From a virus (lineage: Duplodnaviria; Caudoviricetes), in the IMG/VR virus record IMGVR_UViG_3300049048_000078, positions 1 to 58,161 of that record: a stretch of 58,161 nt of DNA; one strand, given 5' to 3'. Within the stretch, counting starts at the first letter, position 1. Each line of letters opens with the position of its first letter. This document shows positions 8,041 to 18,099 of the stretch, piece by piece. Both the position numbers and the translations under genes were made by a program. Under the pieces are notes generated by a model. The model searched no databases, was not told where the DNA came from, and saw only the letters and a list, made by a program, of their open reading frames with translations.

Positions 8041-8479
8041 CGAGGGCCTCCTCTTCGATAGATGGCGGCCAGCCGCCGGTGTAGTCGTAGCTGCCGGGAT
8101 CCGCGCTGGCTTCCATGGCCATGCGGTGGACCTCGGCGGCGGTGAAGATCGCGGTATCGCTGGCGGCCGTGGCCATGACGATGCCTTGCGCCAGGGCGGG
8201 CGTCATGGTCACGAACACGGGCGGGGGCGTGAAGGTGAGCGTTTTCCACTGCAGCCCGGCGGGGATGTTGCTGCCCAGAAGCACCAGGCCGAGTTGCTGC
8301 GTGCGGCTTTTCTGGTCGCTGTGGAACCAGTGCGCACCTACCTTCACGCCCAGCGCGGCGCGGCGGTCACGCTCGGCTTTGATCGCCTCCCACACTTGGG
8401 CGGCAGGCGTGAGTTGCGGCCCGCTGGGGAAGCGGACAATGACCAGCCCGCCAACGGTCTCGGTGATCGGCTGCGTCAT
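8000..8479 (-). CDS. DUF4376-type tail-fibre assembly protein
   Basis: WEAIKAERDRR, HWFHSD..SR, WKT and terminal YDY..GWP motifs. Confidence 0.75.
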   Translation of the reverse strand: MTQPITETVGGLVIVRFPSGPQLTPAAQVWEAIKAERDRRAALGVKVGAHWFHSDQKSRTQQLGLVLLGSNIPAGLQWKTLTFTPPPVFVTMTPALAQGIVMATAASDTAIFTAAEVHRMAMEASADPGSYDYTGGWPPSIEEEALDAGIQFNAAADAA

Positions 8480-9102
8480 GCCACGCTCCGCAGGTGGTGA
8501 GCGACAAATGCGCTGGCGTGGCTGACGGTGGCTGTGTTGGTGACCCACACCTGCAGCGACCGGCGGAAATGCACCCCAGCAGGGTCCGGCACGGCTGTCC
8601 TGACCGCATTCGTCCCATCGCCGGGCGTTGCGGCGTACCCTAGCGCGATGAGCGCAACGCTCGCCGTGTAGGTGTCGGTCTGATCCAGCACGTTGCGCCC
8701 GTCCACCTCGATTTCCACGCGAGTCGTTCCCGTCGCTCCTTTCCAGAGCATCAGATAGCCGAGTGCCCCACGGCCGGTGACCGAAAGCACCGATGTGCGT
8801 GTGCCAACGGCAAGCGCCCCAAAGGTGCTTTTGGTGGCATTGGTCGCAATCTGGCCTGGAGTGGCGCCAGACGCGGCTAAGGCCGCAGCTTGCAGGGCAA
8901 CCGTGCGCTCATAGCTGCGCGCCACGTAGTTGGTCACATCGTCGGCAGGGTCAGTGGTGCTGCCGGTAGTGGCTGCATTCCGCTGGTACACCTCTTTGTC
9001 TGCGGGCGAGGTTACCCACTGCCATGCCGCTTGCTGGGCCGCACCGCTCACCCACAGCGGCGGCTGCAGCCCGTAGAAGCCTGCGCCTACGTATTTGGTC
9101 AT
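8476..9102 (-). CDS. Tail/fibre-associated protein, 208 aa
   Basis: Start MTKYVG with TAATG overlap; beta-rich composition; position in the tail module. Confidence 0.7.
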   Translation of the reverse strand: MTKYVGAGFYGLQPPLWVSGAAQQAAWQWVTSPADKEVYQRNAATTGSTTDPADDVTNYVARSYERTVALQAAALAASGATPGQIATNATKSTFGALAVGTRTSVLSVTGRGALGYLMLWKGATGTTRVEIEVDGRNVLDQTDTYTASVALIALGYAATPGDGTNAVRTAVPDPAGVHFRRSLQVWVTNTATVSHASAFVAHHLRSVA

Positions 9103-9824
9103 TACGCGATCACCGTGGCGCGGTATTGGCCGGAGCTGGGCGCCGTGCCGAACGTGAGCTGCACCGTGTTGACGCCGTTGGCAACCCAATCCACCAACAC
9201 CCCGGCGTTGCTGGACACTTCTTTCACGCTGACAGCAACGTCCTGTGTATTCAGGTTGTGCGTGACGGTGATCGTGGTGGAACTGCCGTCGCCAACGTTG
9301 GCCGAGTACTTGCGGGCCGTGACTGCGGGGTCCACGGAGATAACGCCGCCGGAAATGCCGATGCCGTTGCCGGCCGTGTAACTGGTGCCGCCGCCCACTT
9401 GCGCCCAGACCAGAGCGGTGGTGCCGATAGTCACAGGGCCGTCCGTGGTCATGTTCCACTGGCTGTTTCCGTTGGTTGTGCCTTCGGATACAAACACAGC
9501 GGCCCCGACCACCTCGCTGGCCAAGTCGAAGTCCGCAGCGCGGCTCCAAGCACCCGAGGCAGCTACGTAAATTCCGTTGTCGGCGCCGGTGCTTTGGTTC
9601 TTGACCAGCACGCGGTCCCCGGCGATCACGCTCACGCCGTCGATCGTCTGCGCGCCCGACAGGGTGATGTTGGCCGTGGTGGCAGCGCGCACGGGGTCTT
9701 TCCACTTCCAGCCCTGCACAGCGGCGTCGAGCTGGGCTTTGGTCACTGCGTCTTGTGCACTGGTGCCATCGGCCAGGTTGGAGACCTTGAAGCCGTTGGC
9801 GTCGAGGGTGTTGGTGATTTTCAT
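9102..9824 (-). CDS. Virion fibre/decoration protein
   Basis: YadA-neck-like VSNLADG...DAVTKAQLD followed by VRAATTANITLSGAQTIDGV..GDRVLVKNQ..NGIY. Confidence 0.75.
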   Translation of the reverse strand: MKITNTLDANGFKVSNLADGTSAQDAVTKAQLDAAVQGWKWKDPVRAATTANITLSGAQTIDGVSVIAGDRVLVKNQSTGADNGIYVAASGAWSRAADFDLASEVVGAAVFVSEGTTNGNSQWNMTTDGPVTIGTTALVWAQVGGGTSYTAGNGIGISGGVISVDPAVTARKYSANVGDGSSTTITVTHNLNTQDVAVSVKEVSSNAGVLVDWVANGVNTVQLTFGTAPSSGQYRATVIA

Positions 9825-9834
9825 GGTCGGATCC

Positions 9835-10170
9835 TCAGTTGAAATAGGCCTTGCCCGCGATGGCACCGCCGTGAGTGATTTGCACGATGTTTTCGTCCAC
9901 CCAGGTCACATCGCCAAACACCTGGCGCCCAAGGGTGTCCACAACAGAAACTGAGGGGTAACGCCCCAGGTTGTGCGCAGCGGTCCAGATTGCGAGCGGG
10001 ATGGCTTGTGTGTGCGTGTAGGTGCTGCCACCACCGGGGCCAGGCGGTCCAGGCGGGCCCTGCTCCGCAGCAGTCACGATCTCGATGACCTCGACTTCCT
10101 CAAGCAGGATCTCATCCGCAACCTCTTGCGTCAGGATCTGGACGTCCTCGACAACAACCAGGTCGGTCAT
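9835..10170 (-). CDS. Virion structural protein with a short collagen-like segment
   Basis: EQGPPGPPGPGG and W..AHNLGRYPSV.VVD; ATGA overlap. Confidence 0.7.
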   Translation of the reverse strand: MTDLVVVEDVQILTQEVADEILLEEVEVIEIVTAAEQGPPGPPGPGGGSTYTHTQAIPLAIWTAAHNLGRYPSVSVVDTLGRQVFGDVTWVDENIVQITHGGAIAGKAYFN

Positions 10171-10526
10171 GGCCGCGTCACCTCTGGCGAGACGGACACC
10201 GAACCTTCGGCCAAGCGGGTCACCTCCCCGCTCGGGTGCTCGATTTCCAGGTCGTAAACGCCGCCGTCCCAGGTGATCCCGGCCGTGTCCTCGTCGCTCA
10301 CGTAGAGGTCGACCGTGCCGGCCGCGCCCCCCAACGTGATGCGGTCGTTGTCGGTCGTGAGGCTCAGAAGTGGCGTTTCGGATTCGACTTCGGCGCGCAC
10401 CTGCATGCGTGCAGTGCAGCCGGTGAGGTCCACTGGCACTGCAGGCGTGCCGGCCTTCCACGTGAGCCGCTTGCGGAACGTGGCGCCCTGGTAGATCGTG
10501 AACTTGAGCTTGGCCGGCTTGGTCAT
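10167..10526 (-). CDS. Tail-fibre adaptor-like protein
   Basis: IYQGATF..PVDLTG.TARMQVR..GVYDLEI..G.V..SPEVTR motif. Confidence 0.75.
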   Translation of the reverse strand: MTKPAKLKFTIYQGATFRKRLTWKAGTPAVPVDLTGCTARMQVRAEVESETPLLSLTTDNDRITLGGAAGTVDLYVSDEDTAGITWDGGVYDLEIEHPSGEVTRLAEGSVSVSPEVTRP

Positions 10527-10533
10527 GCCCCGC

Positions 10534-10575
10534 AGTGTCCCGATGCAGGACAAGCGGGGCGAACCCTACTGGGGG
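10534..10575 (-). promoter_or_regulatory. Late-promoter motif copy 2 (predicted leaderless)
   Basis: CCCCCAGTAGGGTTCGC-N19-GACACT-N7-ATG. Confidence 0.75.
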
Positions 10576-10582
10576 GCTTCGA

Positions 10583-12397
10583 TCAGGCGTTGACCACCTG
10601 AGTCAGGCTGGCGGACCCGCTGATGCTGGCCGAGGTGTTCACGATGTTCCAGGCCGAAGCGACGTTCTGCGACATCACCTGGGCACCGACCTTCGCTGCG
10701 TCGAGGCGGGCATCGTTGGTGTGCATCACCGCATCCTGGTTGATCTTGGCCGTCTGCAGCACGATCGAGCGCGCGCTCTCGTACTGCTTCATGTTGGCCT
10801 CCCACATGCGGGCATAGAGTTCGGCCTGGGCCTGGCTGGCCGTGACGCCGATCTTGTAGCCGTCGACCAGGATGTTCGACTGCCGGGCCGCCGCTTCCAC
10901 GCGCGCGCTTTCGGCAGAGATCAGAGAGCGGAAGCCCTCCCACTCCAGGCCCTTAGCGGACACCATGGCCTGGAACTGGGCCACCTGGACACGTGCGCGC
11001 TCTGCCTGCGCGCCAGCCTTCGCGCTGTAGGCCTGCGCCTGGGTGCGGTAGCCGTCCAGCAGCAGAGAGTCGGCGCTGATCTTCGCCTTGTGCAGTTCGA
11101 CCTTCGACATCTCGGCATTGGTCACGGCCACGAAGGCTTTCACCTGCTCGCCGGCCGTGGCCATGCGAGTGCGCTCCAGCTCCACCAGCGTCTGGGCGGC
11201 GCTGACCTGAGCTTTGAAAATCTCCACGTTCGCCATGGCCCCTTCGATCTGCACCTTGTACTGCTGGACCAGCGCGGTGTTGATCTGCGCCTTGAGTTCT
11301 TCGGCCTGCAGTAGCGCCTTGAACACCTCGACCTTGGAGAGCTCGGATTTGATCAGCGTGTCGTAGGCGCTGGCGTAGGCTTGATAGCCCGCGAGCAGGG
11401 CCTTGTAATGCTCCACCGAGCTGTTGAAGACCTGGATCTCGTTTTCTGCGAGCGCCTTGGCGGCCTCGAAAGCCAGCAATTCGATCTTGTAGGCGTGCTC
11501 CAGCAGCTGGGACTCCAGGCCGATGGCCGAGTCAATGGCGTGCTTGAGGTTGTCCTGCTCCAGCTCGGCCTGCTTGATGGCGATGTCCCGCGAGAGGCCG
11601 GAGAGCTTGTCGTAGTACTCGCGCTGCGCGTCTGCCAGCTGGCCTGCGAGGACGCCCGACGGGAGCGGGTAGCCCAGCGCCTCAGCGCCGCGCATCACTT
11701 CCGCCTGCCGCGCCAGCGCGATCTGCGTTTCCCGGTCACGGCCTCGATCAAAAATGGCTTGTTCAACGACGGGGTTGAGGCCGGTGCCACCCTGCAGGCG
11801 GGACGCGATCAGGGCCTTCACGCTGTCCATCAGCTGGGATGCGTACCCCGGCCCCCGGGTGTACTGCAGCTTGGTGGGCGCGAGGATGCTCAGCTCCGGG
11901 ATTTCGTCGAGCTTGTCGAGCCAGTCTTCGTGCAGGTTGATGCCCCCAAAGGTGTGCGTGGTCAGCGACAGCAATTCCGGCGTGTCGGGCAGCACAACGG
12001 CAGGCGCATCGGGCACGGCCACGTCCCGAATTTCGGGCAGCGTGGGCACGGTGCCGAAGTTCACTTCGGGCGCTGGGCCCGCGGTCAGGGTCGGGACCGG
12101 CACATCGAAATCATCGATCTGCACCGCGCCCAGCGTTTCATTGAAGGCGGAGGGAACGGCCCCGGGCACGTTGAACGCGATCTCCGGTACCGTGGGCATG
12201 TTGGGGATGCTGGCCAGGGTCGGCGCTGGCAGCGTCTGCCAGGTCACGCTCACGGTGGGTGGCGCGTAGATGCTCGCGTTCAGCTTGTCGATGAACGTGC
12301 CCATCTGGTCTTTGGCGGACTCCGCGAGTTCCACCGATCGGTTGTAGGCATCCTCGACGATGGATGCTGGGCCGTCAAAATCGAGTGCCATGGTCAT
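10583..12397 (-). CDS. Virion structural protein, 604 aa, Pro-rich N-terminus and long coiled coil
   Basis: Long ORF in the tail module with ATGA overlap; Ala/Gln-rich helical C-half. Confidence 0.75.
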   Translation of the reverse strand: MTMALDFDGPASIVEDAYNRSVELAESAKDQMGTFIDKLNASIYAPPTVSVTWQTLPAPTLASIPNMPTVPEIAFNVPGAVPSAFNETLGAVQIDDFDVPVPTLTAGPAPEVNFGTVPTLPEIRDVAVPDAPAVVLPDTPELLSLTTHTFGGINLHEDWLDKLDEIPELSILAPTKLQYTRGPGYASQLMDSVKALIASRLQGGTGLNPVVEQAIFDRGRDRETQIALARQAEVMRGAEALGYPLPSGVLAGQLADAQREYYDKLSGLSRDIAIKQAELEQDNLKHAIDSAIGLESQLLEHAYKIELLAFEAAKALAENEIQVFNSSVEHYKALLAGYQAYASAYDTLIKSELSKVEVFKALLQAEELKAQINTALVQQYKVQIEGAMANVEIFKAQVSAAQTLVELERTRMATAGEQVKAFVAVTNAEMSKVELHKAKISADSLLLDGYRTQAQAYSAKAGAQAERARVQVAQFQAMVSAKGLEWEGFRSLISAESARVEAAARQSNILVDGYKIGVTASQAQAELYARMWEANMKQYESARSIVLQTAKINQDAVMHTNDARLDAAKVGAQVMSQNVASAWNIVNTSASISGSASLTQVVNA

Positions 12398-12831
12398 ACC
12401 CTCCGGGTTTTGGATTCGCGCATCAGGACCTCGATGCGATCAATGGTGAAGGCTTGGCCGTCGGGCTTTCTGAAGCCGAAGCCGAGGTAGTTCTCGCGGA
12501 TGCCGCGCCCCGGCTGGCAGCGGGACTGCCCAGGGCTGCGGACAGGGAACGAATAGGTCCAGTTCTGCGTTTCTCCGAAGACCGTGGCCTCAGCGGCGCC
12601 GGCCCCCTCCATGGAGAAATACAGCATCTCGACGTGCTTCTTCAGGGTGCTTTCTCGCAACGGAACCGGCGTCTTGATCTCGCCCACGATGGGCGCGTCG
12701 AGATCGGTGTCGCCACCGAGCAGGAACAGCCCCGTCGCCCCGCCCGCGTGGGTAGGCGTGATGCTCTGGAAATCGAAGTTCGAGTACTCAGTGACCGCGG
12801 CGCTGAGCGTATTCATGACGATGGCGTTCAT
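12394..12831 (-). CDS. Virion structural protein, 145 aa
   Basis: Coupled by ATGA at both ends. Confidence 0.75.
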   Translation of the reverse strand: MNAIVMNTLSAAVTEYSNFDFQSITPTHAGGATGLFLLGGDTDLDAPIVGEIKTPVPLRESTLKKHVEMLYFSMEGAGAAEATVFGETQNWTYSFPVRSPGQSRCQPGRGIRENYLGFGFRKPDGQAFTIDRIEVLMRESKTRRV

Positions 12832-14729
12832 ACGGACAGGAGGTGGTTGTCGGACAGGGCTTTGATCTCCAGCCCGCCCGGGATTGAAAGGATGTCGCTC
12901 AGCTCTCTGGCGCCGGTGTCATCCACGACGAACACCCAGCTGCGCAGCACCTCGCGGGAGATGGCGGCCAGCTTCAGGAGGTTGACGACCAGCGCCCCCG
13001 TGAGCGGATCGGCAGCGGCGAAGGTCGAGAACGATGCGTTGTCGTCCTCCGGCACTGGTATTTCCAGCACCTGGGTGCCGTCGAACCGCACAAGGATCTG
13101 GGCGGAATAGAACTCGGAAGTGCTGAAGGCGAAGGTGCTTTCTTCAGGCGGCCGGGCGGGATCAGCGTCTGCCCAAATCTTCACTCCCGTCGTGACCGTC
13201 GCGCTCTTCACGCGGCGCGTGATCGAGAACCGCGTGATCGGATCGAAGAAGATGAAAGTGGAACCACCGCCCCCAGCGCTGGGCACTTCATAGAGGTAGG
13301 TGCCGGTCGTGGCATAAGTCACTCCCCCGCCGCTGACGCTGGTTTCCGTGTCCACGTAGTCGATGTTTTCGCGGAACTCGGCGAGCGGCGTCGTGAAGGC
13401 GACCCCGTCGATGACCAGCGTATTGCCGGGGCGATAGTTCGTCACGCGCCTGCGAAAGGTGCGCGTCGCCACCGAGCTGGTGACGCCCCCGTCGACCATC
13501 TGGTACACCGCGCGCCGGACATCGAGGTCGTCTCGGTCCTGGGTTCGGGTCGATGTGAACGCCTCGATCTCCACGTTCTGCCCTCGGAGATCAAATCCCC
13601 CTCCGCCGGTCCTGCTCCACGAGTTCGCGCCGACCTGGCGGTGATAGCTGTCCAGGTAGGTCACGAATGTGCCCGTGTACCCAGGCGGGACGACAGGCGG
13701 CTCGTTGTACGAAGTCCCGCCCGTCTCCTCCGTGGGCGTTCCGCTGACCGTGGCCGCTTTGGGCACCAGCGACGTGATGGTCAAGGAGGTGTCCGTGACG
13801 GCCAAATCGACGACAGCCGAGTCCCCGCCGCGCGAGAACATCATGCGGATCGTGTTCCCGTCAGCGCTGAAGGAGACTGAGGTCCTCACCGGTACATAGT
13901 CGTCCGGCACATCCAGCGTCGCGATGAGCTCGCCCACGGGTGACGTGCTGCTGGGCTCGTAAGGCCCGCCGTAGAGCTGCAGCTTGTGCGGTTCTTCAGA
14001 GCCAGGATCCATCAGCACCGGGACGAGCTGCATGGCCCAGGTCGTGTTGGCCGACGAGCGCCGGGCGAAAGGGATGCTCCCGATTTCGCTGCGAAACGTG
14101 GCCACGGCTTGCATGTTGCGGAAGACGAACGAGTTCTCGTCGTACACCCCGTACTGGTAGGCGGCAGCGTTGATGCCGAGCATCCCAGGGCCCCAGGCCG
14201 GCAGGTTCTCGATGGTGTCGCCCGCAATGCCCACAAAGTAACTGGCCCCAGAGCTGTTGCTGAAAACCGCCTTCCCGCCGGAGAACCCGTTCACCTTGCG
14301 CGCTCTCCACTTACCGGTGCAGACCCGCGTTCCCTTGCGGACTTCAGGGGTCAGCACATAGGGCTGCGGCGTGTTCTCGGTGCCCGACAGGATGTGCCCT
14401 GGCACTGCGCCCCCCGCCATGGTCGTGAACACGATGCCGATACCGCTGCTGCGCTGGGCGTCGTCCCCCGGCCGGGTTTGCACGGTCACGTGCGGGGTGT
14501 TCCCGATGATCGCCATGGTGTACGGTGACCCATCTGGCAGCAGGCCCTGCTCATTGGGGTTCGGCACCACAGATAGCCGGGCGCGCTCGCGAAACGAGGC
14601 GTAGGCGCCCTGCAGCTGCGCGGCCTGGACCGGAGTCAGCGGGGGGCCGTAGACGATGAGGCGTGCTGGCACCTGCCCGGTGATCGGGTTGCCTTGAGCG
14701 GTCAACGAGTAGGGGTTCCACGGCCTCAT
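12828..14729 (-). CDS. Tail protein / possible receptor-binding protein, 633 aa
   Basis: True start MRPWNP at 14729 (ATGA overlap); Thr/Ser/Val-rich beta-type composition. Confidence 0.7.
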   Translation of the reverse strand: MRPWNPYSLTAQGNPITGQVPARLIVYGPPLTPVQAAQLQGAYASFRERARLSVVPNPNEQGLLPDGSPYTMAIIGNTPHVTVQTRPGDDAQRSSGIGIVFTTMAGGAVPGHILSGTENTPQPYVLTPEVRKGTRVCTGKWRARKVNGFSGGKAVFSNSSGASYFVGIAGDTIENLPAWGPGMLGINAAAYQYGVYDENSFVFRNMQAVATFRSEIGSIPFARRSSANTTWAMQLVPVLMDPGSEEPHKLQLYGGPYEPSSTSPVGELIATLDVPDDYVPVRTSVSFSADGNTIRMMFSRGGDSAVVDLAVTDTSLTITSLVPKAATVSGTPTEETGGTSYNEPPVVPPGYTGTFVTYLDSYHRQVGANSWSRTGGGGFDLRGQNVEIEAFTSTRTQDRDDLDVRRAVYQMVDGGVTSSVATRTFRRRVTNYRPGNTLVIDGVAFTTPLAEFRENIDYVDTETSVSGGGVTYATTGTYLYEVPSAGGGGSTFIFFDPITRFSITRRVKSATVTTGVKIWADADPARPPEESTFAFSTSEFYSAQILVRFDGTQVLEIPVPEDDNASFSTFAAADPLTGALVVNLLKLAAISREVLRSWVFVVDDTGARELSDILSIPGGLEIKALSDNHLLSV

Positions 14730-15895
14730 TGCGGGATCGCCACGTACTGGGGGATGCCGTTGACTTCGCGAAAGGTCGCCGCGACCTCGGTGACGGCGGT
14801 GTGATAGCGGCCATACGTCAGGCGCGCAACGCTGCCTCCCGAGAAGCCCGCCACGATGGCCCCGCCGGCGATGCACAGCATGGCCTCCCCGGCAAGGCCG
14901 ACGCCGTCGCCGAGCTTGATCTTGTCCCCCGGGGCGGTGACGCCGGATCCCCGCACCACGGGCCCGATGCTCTTGGCGACGTAGACCATCTGATCGAAGG
15001 TGTCGCCGCCGAGGTAGATGAGATCCTGCTCGGTGCCCACGAAGACACCACCAGCCACAGGCTGGATCATGGTGATGTCCGCCGTGAAGGGCTTGAAGTC
15101 CCGCCATGTATTCAGGTGCGGCGCCCAGGGCATGGAAGCCCAGAGGGTCTTCCCGTCTGCCACCAGGAGACGGCCATTCCAGAAGGCGGTGATGGTGCCC
15201 ACAGGCATTGGCCGCAGACCCAGCGTGCGGCAGGGTGTGACCAACTCGCTGTTGGAGCCCGCGAAGGAGAACGTGGTGCCGACGGTCGCACCAGCAAGGT
15301 AGGCGCCCTCCCCGTCCTTGCCGCTCAAGTAGACGTTGATGGCGAAGCCGTCGCGCGCCGGCAGTGCCTCCACGCGGAATCCGCCGGACGCAATGTCGAA
15401 CGGCTCCGAACTGGTGGCAGGCCCCTCCAGCATGTCGGCCAGACGGACGTAGGTGAGGTGGTAGCGGTAGCTTCCGGCGTGCAGCGCCCCGCTTTCGGCG
15501 TCCAATGCGCCGAGCCGGTCCAGCGCCGGAATGCTCCAGTCCGTGCCAGTGAGCCCATCCGTGATGCCGTGGATCAGCCCATTGGAGAATGTGGTGCGCC
15601 CGTCCGGAAGGTCGCAGTACCAGACCCGGCTCGGCCCCAGCGCTGGGTGGATGGTGTGCCGGTCGCCATTGGGGTGAATGGCGGTCAGCGCGCTGCCCAC
15701 CGTGGCCAGCTGGTACCCGGCGGAGTTGTGCAGGTTCTTGTGGCACTGGTCGGATATCTCGCTGTATCCGGCCCGGCGCGTCACCTCTCCAGTGAGTCCG
15801 ATGTCGACGTTCACGGCGGAGACCAGGTCGGTGTCGTCCTTCCGGTGAGTCGGCGCGACGTTGTTGATCCCCGCGAAGGCCTTGAAGGTCAGCAT
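14726..15895 (-). CDS. Tail tubular/nozzle-like protein, 389 aa
   Basis: FAGINN..DLVSAVNVDI..G.V.RRAGY N-terminus; propeller-like repeats. Confidence 0.7.
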   Translation of the reverse strand: MLTFKAFAGINNVAPTHRKDDTDLVSAVNVDIGLTGEVTRRAGYSEISDQCHKNLHNSAGYQLATVGSALTAIHPNGDRHTIHPALGPSRVWYCDLPDGRTTFSNGLIHGITDGLTGTDWSIPALDRLGALDAESGALHAGSYRYHLTYVRLADMLEGPATSSEPFDIASGGFRVEALPARDGFAINVYLSGKDGEGAYLAGATVGTTFSFAGSNSELVTPCRTLGLRPMPVGTITAFWNGRLLVADGKTLWASMPWAPHLNTWRDFKPFTADITMIQPVAGGVFVGTEQDLIYLGGDTFDQMVYVAKSIGPVVRGSGVTAPGDKIKLGDGVGLAGEAMLCIAGGAIVAGFSGGSVARLTYGRYHTAVTEVAATFREVNGIPQYVAIPQ

Positions 15896-16512
15896 GTGGA
15901 CTCCCGGGAGATCGCGTGGCGCGGCAGTGTGACCGGGCGCAGGGACCGTGCACGCAGGCCCATGGCGCCCAGCGCCATCGCACCGAGCGTGACCGGGTAC
16001 AGGCTCTGGGGTGTCAGCTCGATCCCCGACAAGGCCGAGCCATGCGGCGGGAGCGTCCCTGCATAGAGGCTCTGCGCTTCCATGCTCATGCGCACGCTGT
16101 GCGCCCCCAGCGTCACGGGCCGCAGGCTTTGCACACCGGTGGCGCCCATGTTCATGCCGTGCGCGCCCAGCGCCACAGGAGCCAGTCCCGCGGCAGACAG
16201 CCCCATGCGCAACGTGATCGCCCCAATGGCGACCGGTTCGAGACTGGCGGGAGCGGGCAGCGTCAGCGCGGCGCTGATCGCATGCGCCCCCAGCGTTGCG
16301 GGGTACAGGCTCTGCGGGTACAGCACTTGATCCGCTGGCGGCATGCCGCGCAAGGCCATGTGCTGCCCGAACGAAACAACGGCATCCAGGCTGGACGCGG
16401 GCAACCGCAGGTGCAGAGTGATCGCGCCAAAGGTAACGGGCCGAAGGCTGTTCGTGGATGGAAAGCCTTCGGCGCCGTTGATCTCACTGCCGTTGATGAC
16501 GGGGTAGGTCAT
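15889..16512 (-). CDS. Repeat-containing virion protein, 207 aa
   Basis: About nine SL.PVTLGAH-like repeats. Confidence 0.7.
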   Translation of the reverse strand: MTYPVINGSEINGAEGFPSTNSLRPVTFGAITLHLRLPASSLDAVVSFGQHMALRGMPPADQVLYPQSLYPATLGAHAISAALTLPAPASLEPVAIGAITLRMGLSAAGLAPVALGAHGMNMGATGVQSLRPVTLGAHSVRMSMEAQSLYAGTLPPHGSALSGIELTPQSLYPVTLGAMALGAMGLRARSLRPVTLPRHAISRESTC

Positions 16513-17573
16513 GGCGTGGCGGGCACTTCCACGAATGTGCCGCGAAAGTAGAAGCGGCCATGGAACACCCCGCCGACCGCCGGTGTCTCCAGGGTGAACA
16601 GCAGATCCTCCACGCCGTTGGTGGCAAGGCTGGTGAACCGGTGCCGCATGTGCGCGGCCGTGATCTGCGAGAGCTGCACGTTGTTCGCGAAGAGCGTGGG
16701 CGCTGCGCTGGTTCCGATGGAGACGTAGGGCGCGGCCGAGATCGCTCCGTACCCATCGCAGATGAAACCGATTTCATCTGGGTAGAAGCGCACGTTGCTG
16801 GGGAAGACCGTCTGCTGCACTCCGGCGGCCAAATCGGCCCCCACCCACTGCCCGATGCCGTCGACATCACCAAACTCCACGGTACCGTTCACGGCCGCAG
16901 GGAACGTCGGTTCCGCCCCCGCGCTGGTGAGCGATGGCACCGTCGCATCCATGATGTCGAGGCGGTATTGGTAGCCGTCGGGCGTTGCGGGCTGGACCAC
17001 GGAGCCGTGCACATACACGGTGTCCGTTGCCCATGCGGGCACCACACCGAGCTCAACGGAGAAGGTTCCGTTGACGGCCGCGACGGACATCACGGGCGAC
17101 ATCGCGAAGCCGTTGGGTTCCTGGGTCGCCTGCAGCACGGGATAGCCGCCGATCAGCCACGCGCTGGAGACATCGCGGCTGTCGGCGTTGATCGCGACAC
17201 CGCTCGATCCAGCGAACTTCACGCGGCTCTCTCCGATGGCCAGGCCGCCGCCGTTGTTGGCTTGGTTCTGGGCGAAGCGCGACAGCATGCCAGCCGTGAC
17301 CCGGGCTGACACCAAGGTGCCGGCCGCCCAGATCTCGGCCGTGCCCTCGACGCCGCGGGAAACGGTCAGGGCGTCCCCAGATCGGCTCGTCACTTCGGCG
17401 ATCTCGTACACACCTGGCGCGCTGGGGTTGGTCAGCGTCACGTGCTGGACATCGCCATTCGTCGGGCTCGCAAAGAGCGCACCGCCGCCGGTGGCGAGCG
17501 TCAGCGTCGTGTCGTCGGCATCCACGCCGCTTGCCAGCGTGGAGACGGCGTTGTTCGTGAAGAGGTGGCGCAT
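16509..17573 (-). CDS. Tail fibre/spike-like protein, 354 aa
   Basis: FTNNA.STLA..EI..VT.RSGD.LTV.RG.EGT N-terminal anchor domain. Confidence 0.7.
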   Translation of the reverse strand: MRHLFTNNAVSTLASGVDADDTTLTLATGGGALFASPTNGDVQHVTLTNPSAPGVYEIAEVTSRSGDALTVSRGVEGTAEIWAAGTLVSARVTAGMLSRFAQNQANNGGGLAIGESRVKFAGSSGVAINADSRDVSSAWLIGGYPVLQATQEPNGFAMSPVMSVAAVNGTFSVELGVVPAWATDTVYVHGSVVQPATPDGYQYRLDIMDATVPSLTSAGAEPTFPAAVNGTVEFGDVDGIGQWVGADLAAGVQQTVFPSNVRFYPDEIGFICDGYGAISAAPYVSIGTSAAPTLFANNVQLSQITAAHMRHRFTSLATNGVEDLLFTLETPAVGGVFHGRFYFRGTFVEVPATP

Positions 17574-17588
17574 CGGTGCACCTGCCTA

Positions 17589-17993
17589 TCAGGGCACCAG
17601 CGAGATGATCTTGCCGGCGCCGTTGTTCCAGGGGATCTCGATGGATGCGCCATTCGTGGCCATGGGCAGGCCGGTGATCTCGTCCAGGTAGGCGATCAGG
17701 GGGGACGTGCCTGCGACACCGGTGTCCTTGTAGAGCACGGCGGCCTTGAGCGTGCTGCCGGAAGCGATGGCCCCGAAGTCCACGTCATCGGCGTCGAACA
17801 CGCCGCCGGTCACGCTTTTGTTGGCCAGGGTCTGGGCAGTGCCCACCGTGGAACCCAAATCGGACAGGAACTCGTGGGCCGTGCTGTAGGTGTAGCCGCT
17901 GGGCACCCACGCGACCTTGATGGTGTCAGAAGCGAAGTTGATCGAGGCCGAGAGGATCTTCTGGGCGCCTTTTGGGTAGAGGGTGTTGGACAT
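17589..17993 (-). CDS. Virion structural protein, 134 aa
   Basis: AGGAG Shine-Dalgarno; DTIKVA..FDADDV.F..YKDTG...SPLIAYLD motif. Confidence 0.75.
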   Translation of the reverse strand: MSNTLYPKGAQKILSASINFASDTIKVAWVPSGYTYSTAHEFLSDLGSTVGTAQTLANKSVTGGVFDADDVDFGAIASGSTLKAAVLYKDTGVAGTSPLIAYLDEITGLPMATNGASIEIPWNNGAGKIISLVP

Positions 17994-18015
17994 CGTGCAC
18001 TCCTGTGATGGAGGC

Positions 18016-18057
18016 AGTGTTCCGAGGCGTGACGGCCCTGGCGAACCCTACTGGGGG
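18016..18057 (-). promoter_or_regulatory. Late-promoter motif copy 3 (tail operon)
   Basis: CCCCCAGTAGGGTTCGC-N19-AACACT, followed by a short leader with a Shine-Dalgarno. Confidence 0.75.
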
Positions 18058-18064
18058 GCGTACT

Positions 18065-18093
18065 TTGCGCGTTATAGCGGTGCGCCGTACAAT
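18065..18093 (+). promoter_or_regulatory. Sigma70 promoter of the candidate small RNA
   Basis: TTGCGC-17 nt-TACAAT. Confidence 0.7.
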
Positions 18094-18099
18094 ACCGCT

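Noticed and set aside
14730-15983. N-terminal part of the 1051-aa ORF
   Set aside because: An Arg/Pro-rich off-frame shadow of the 389-aa gene; the real start is 14729
8000-17573. Diversity-generating retroelement or tail-fibre inversion system
   Set aside because: No reverse transcriptase, invertase or TR/VR repeat pair was seen in the window
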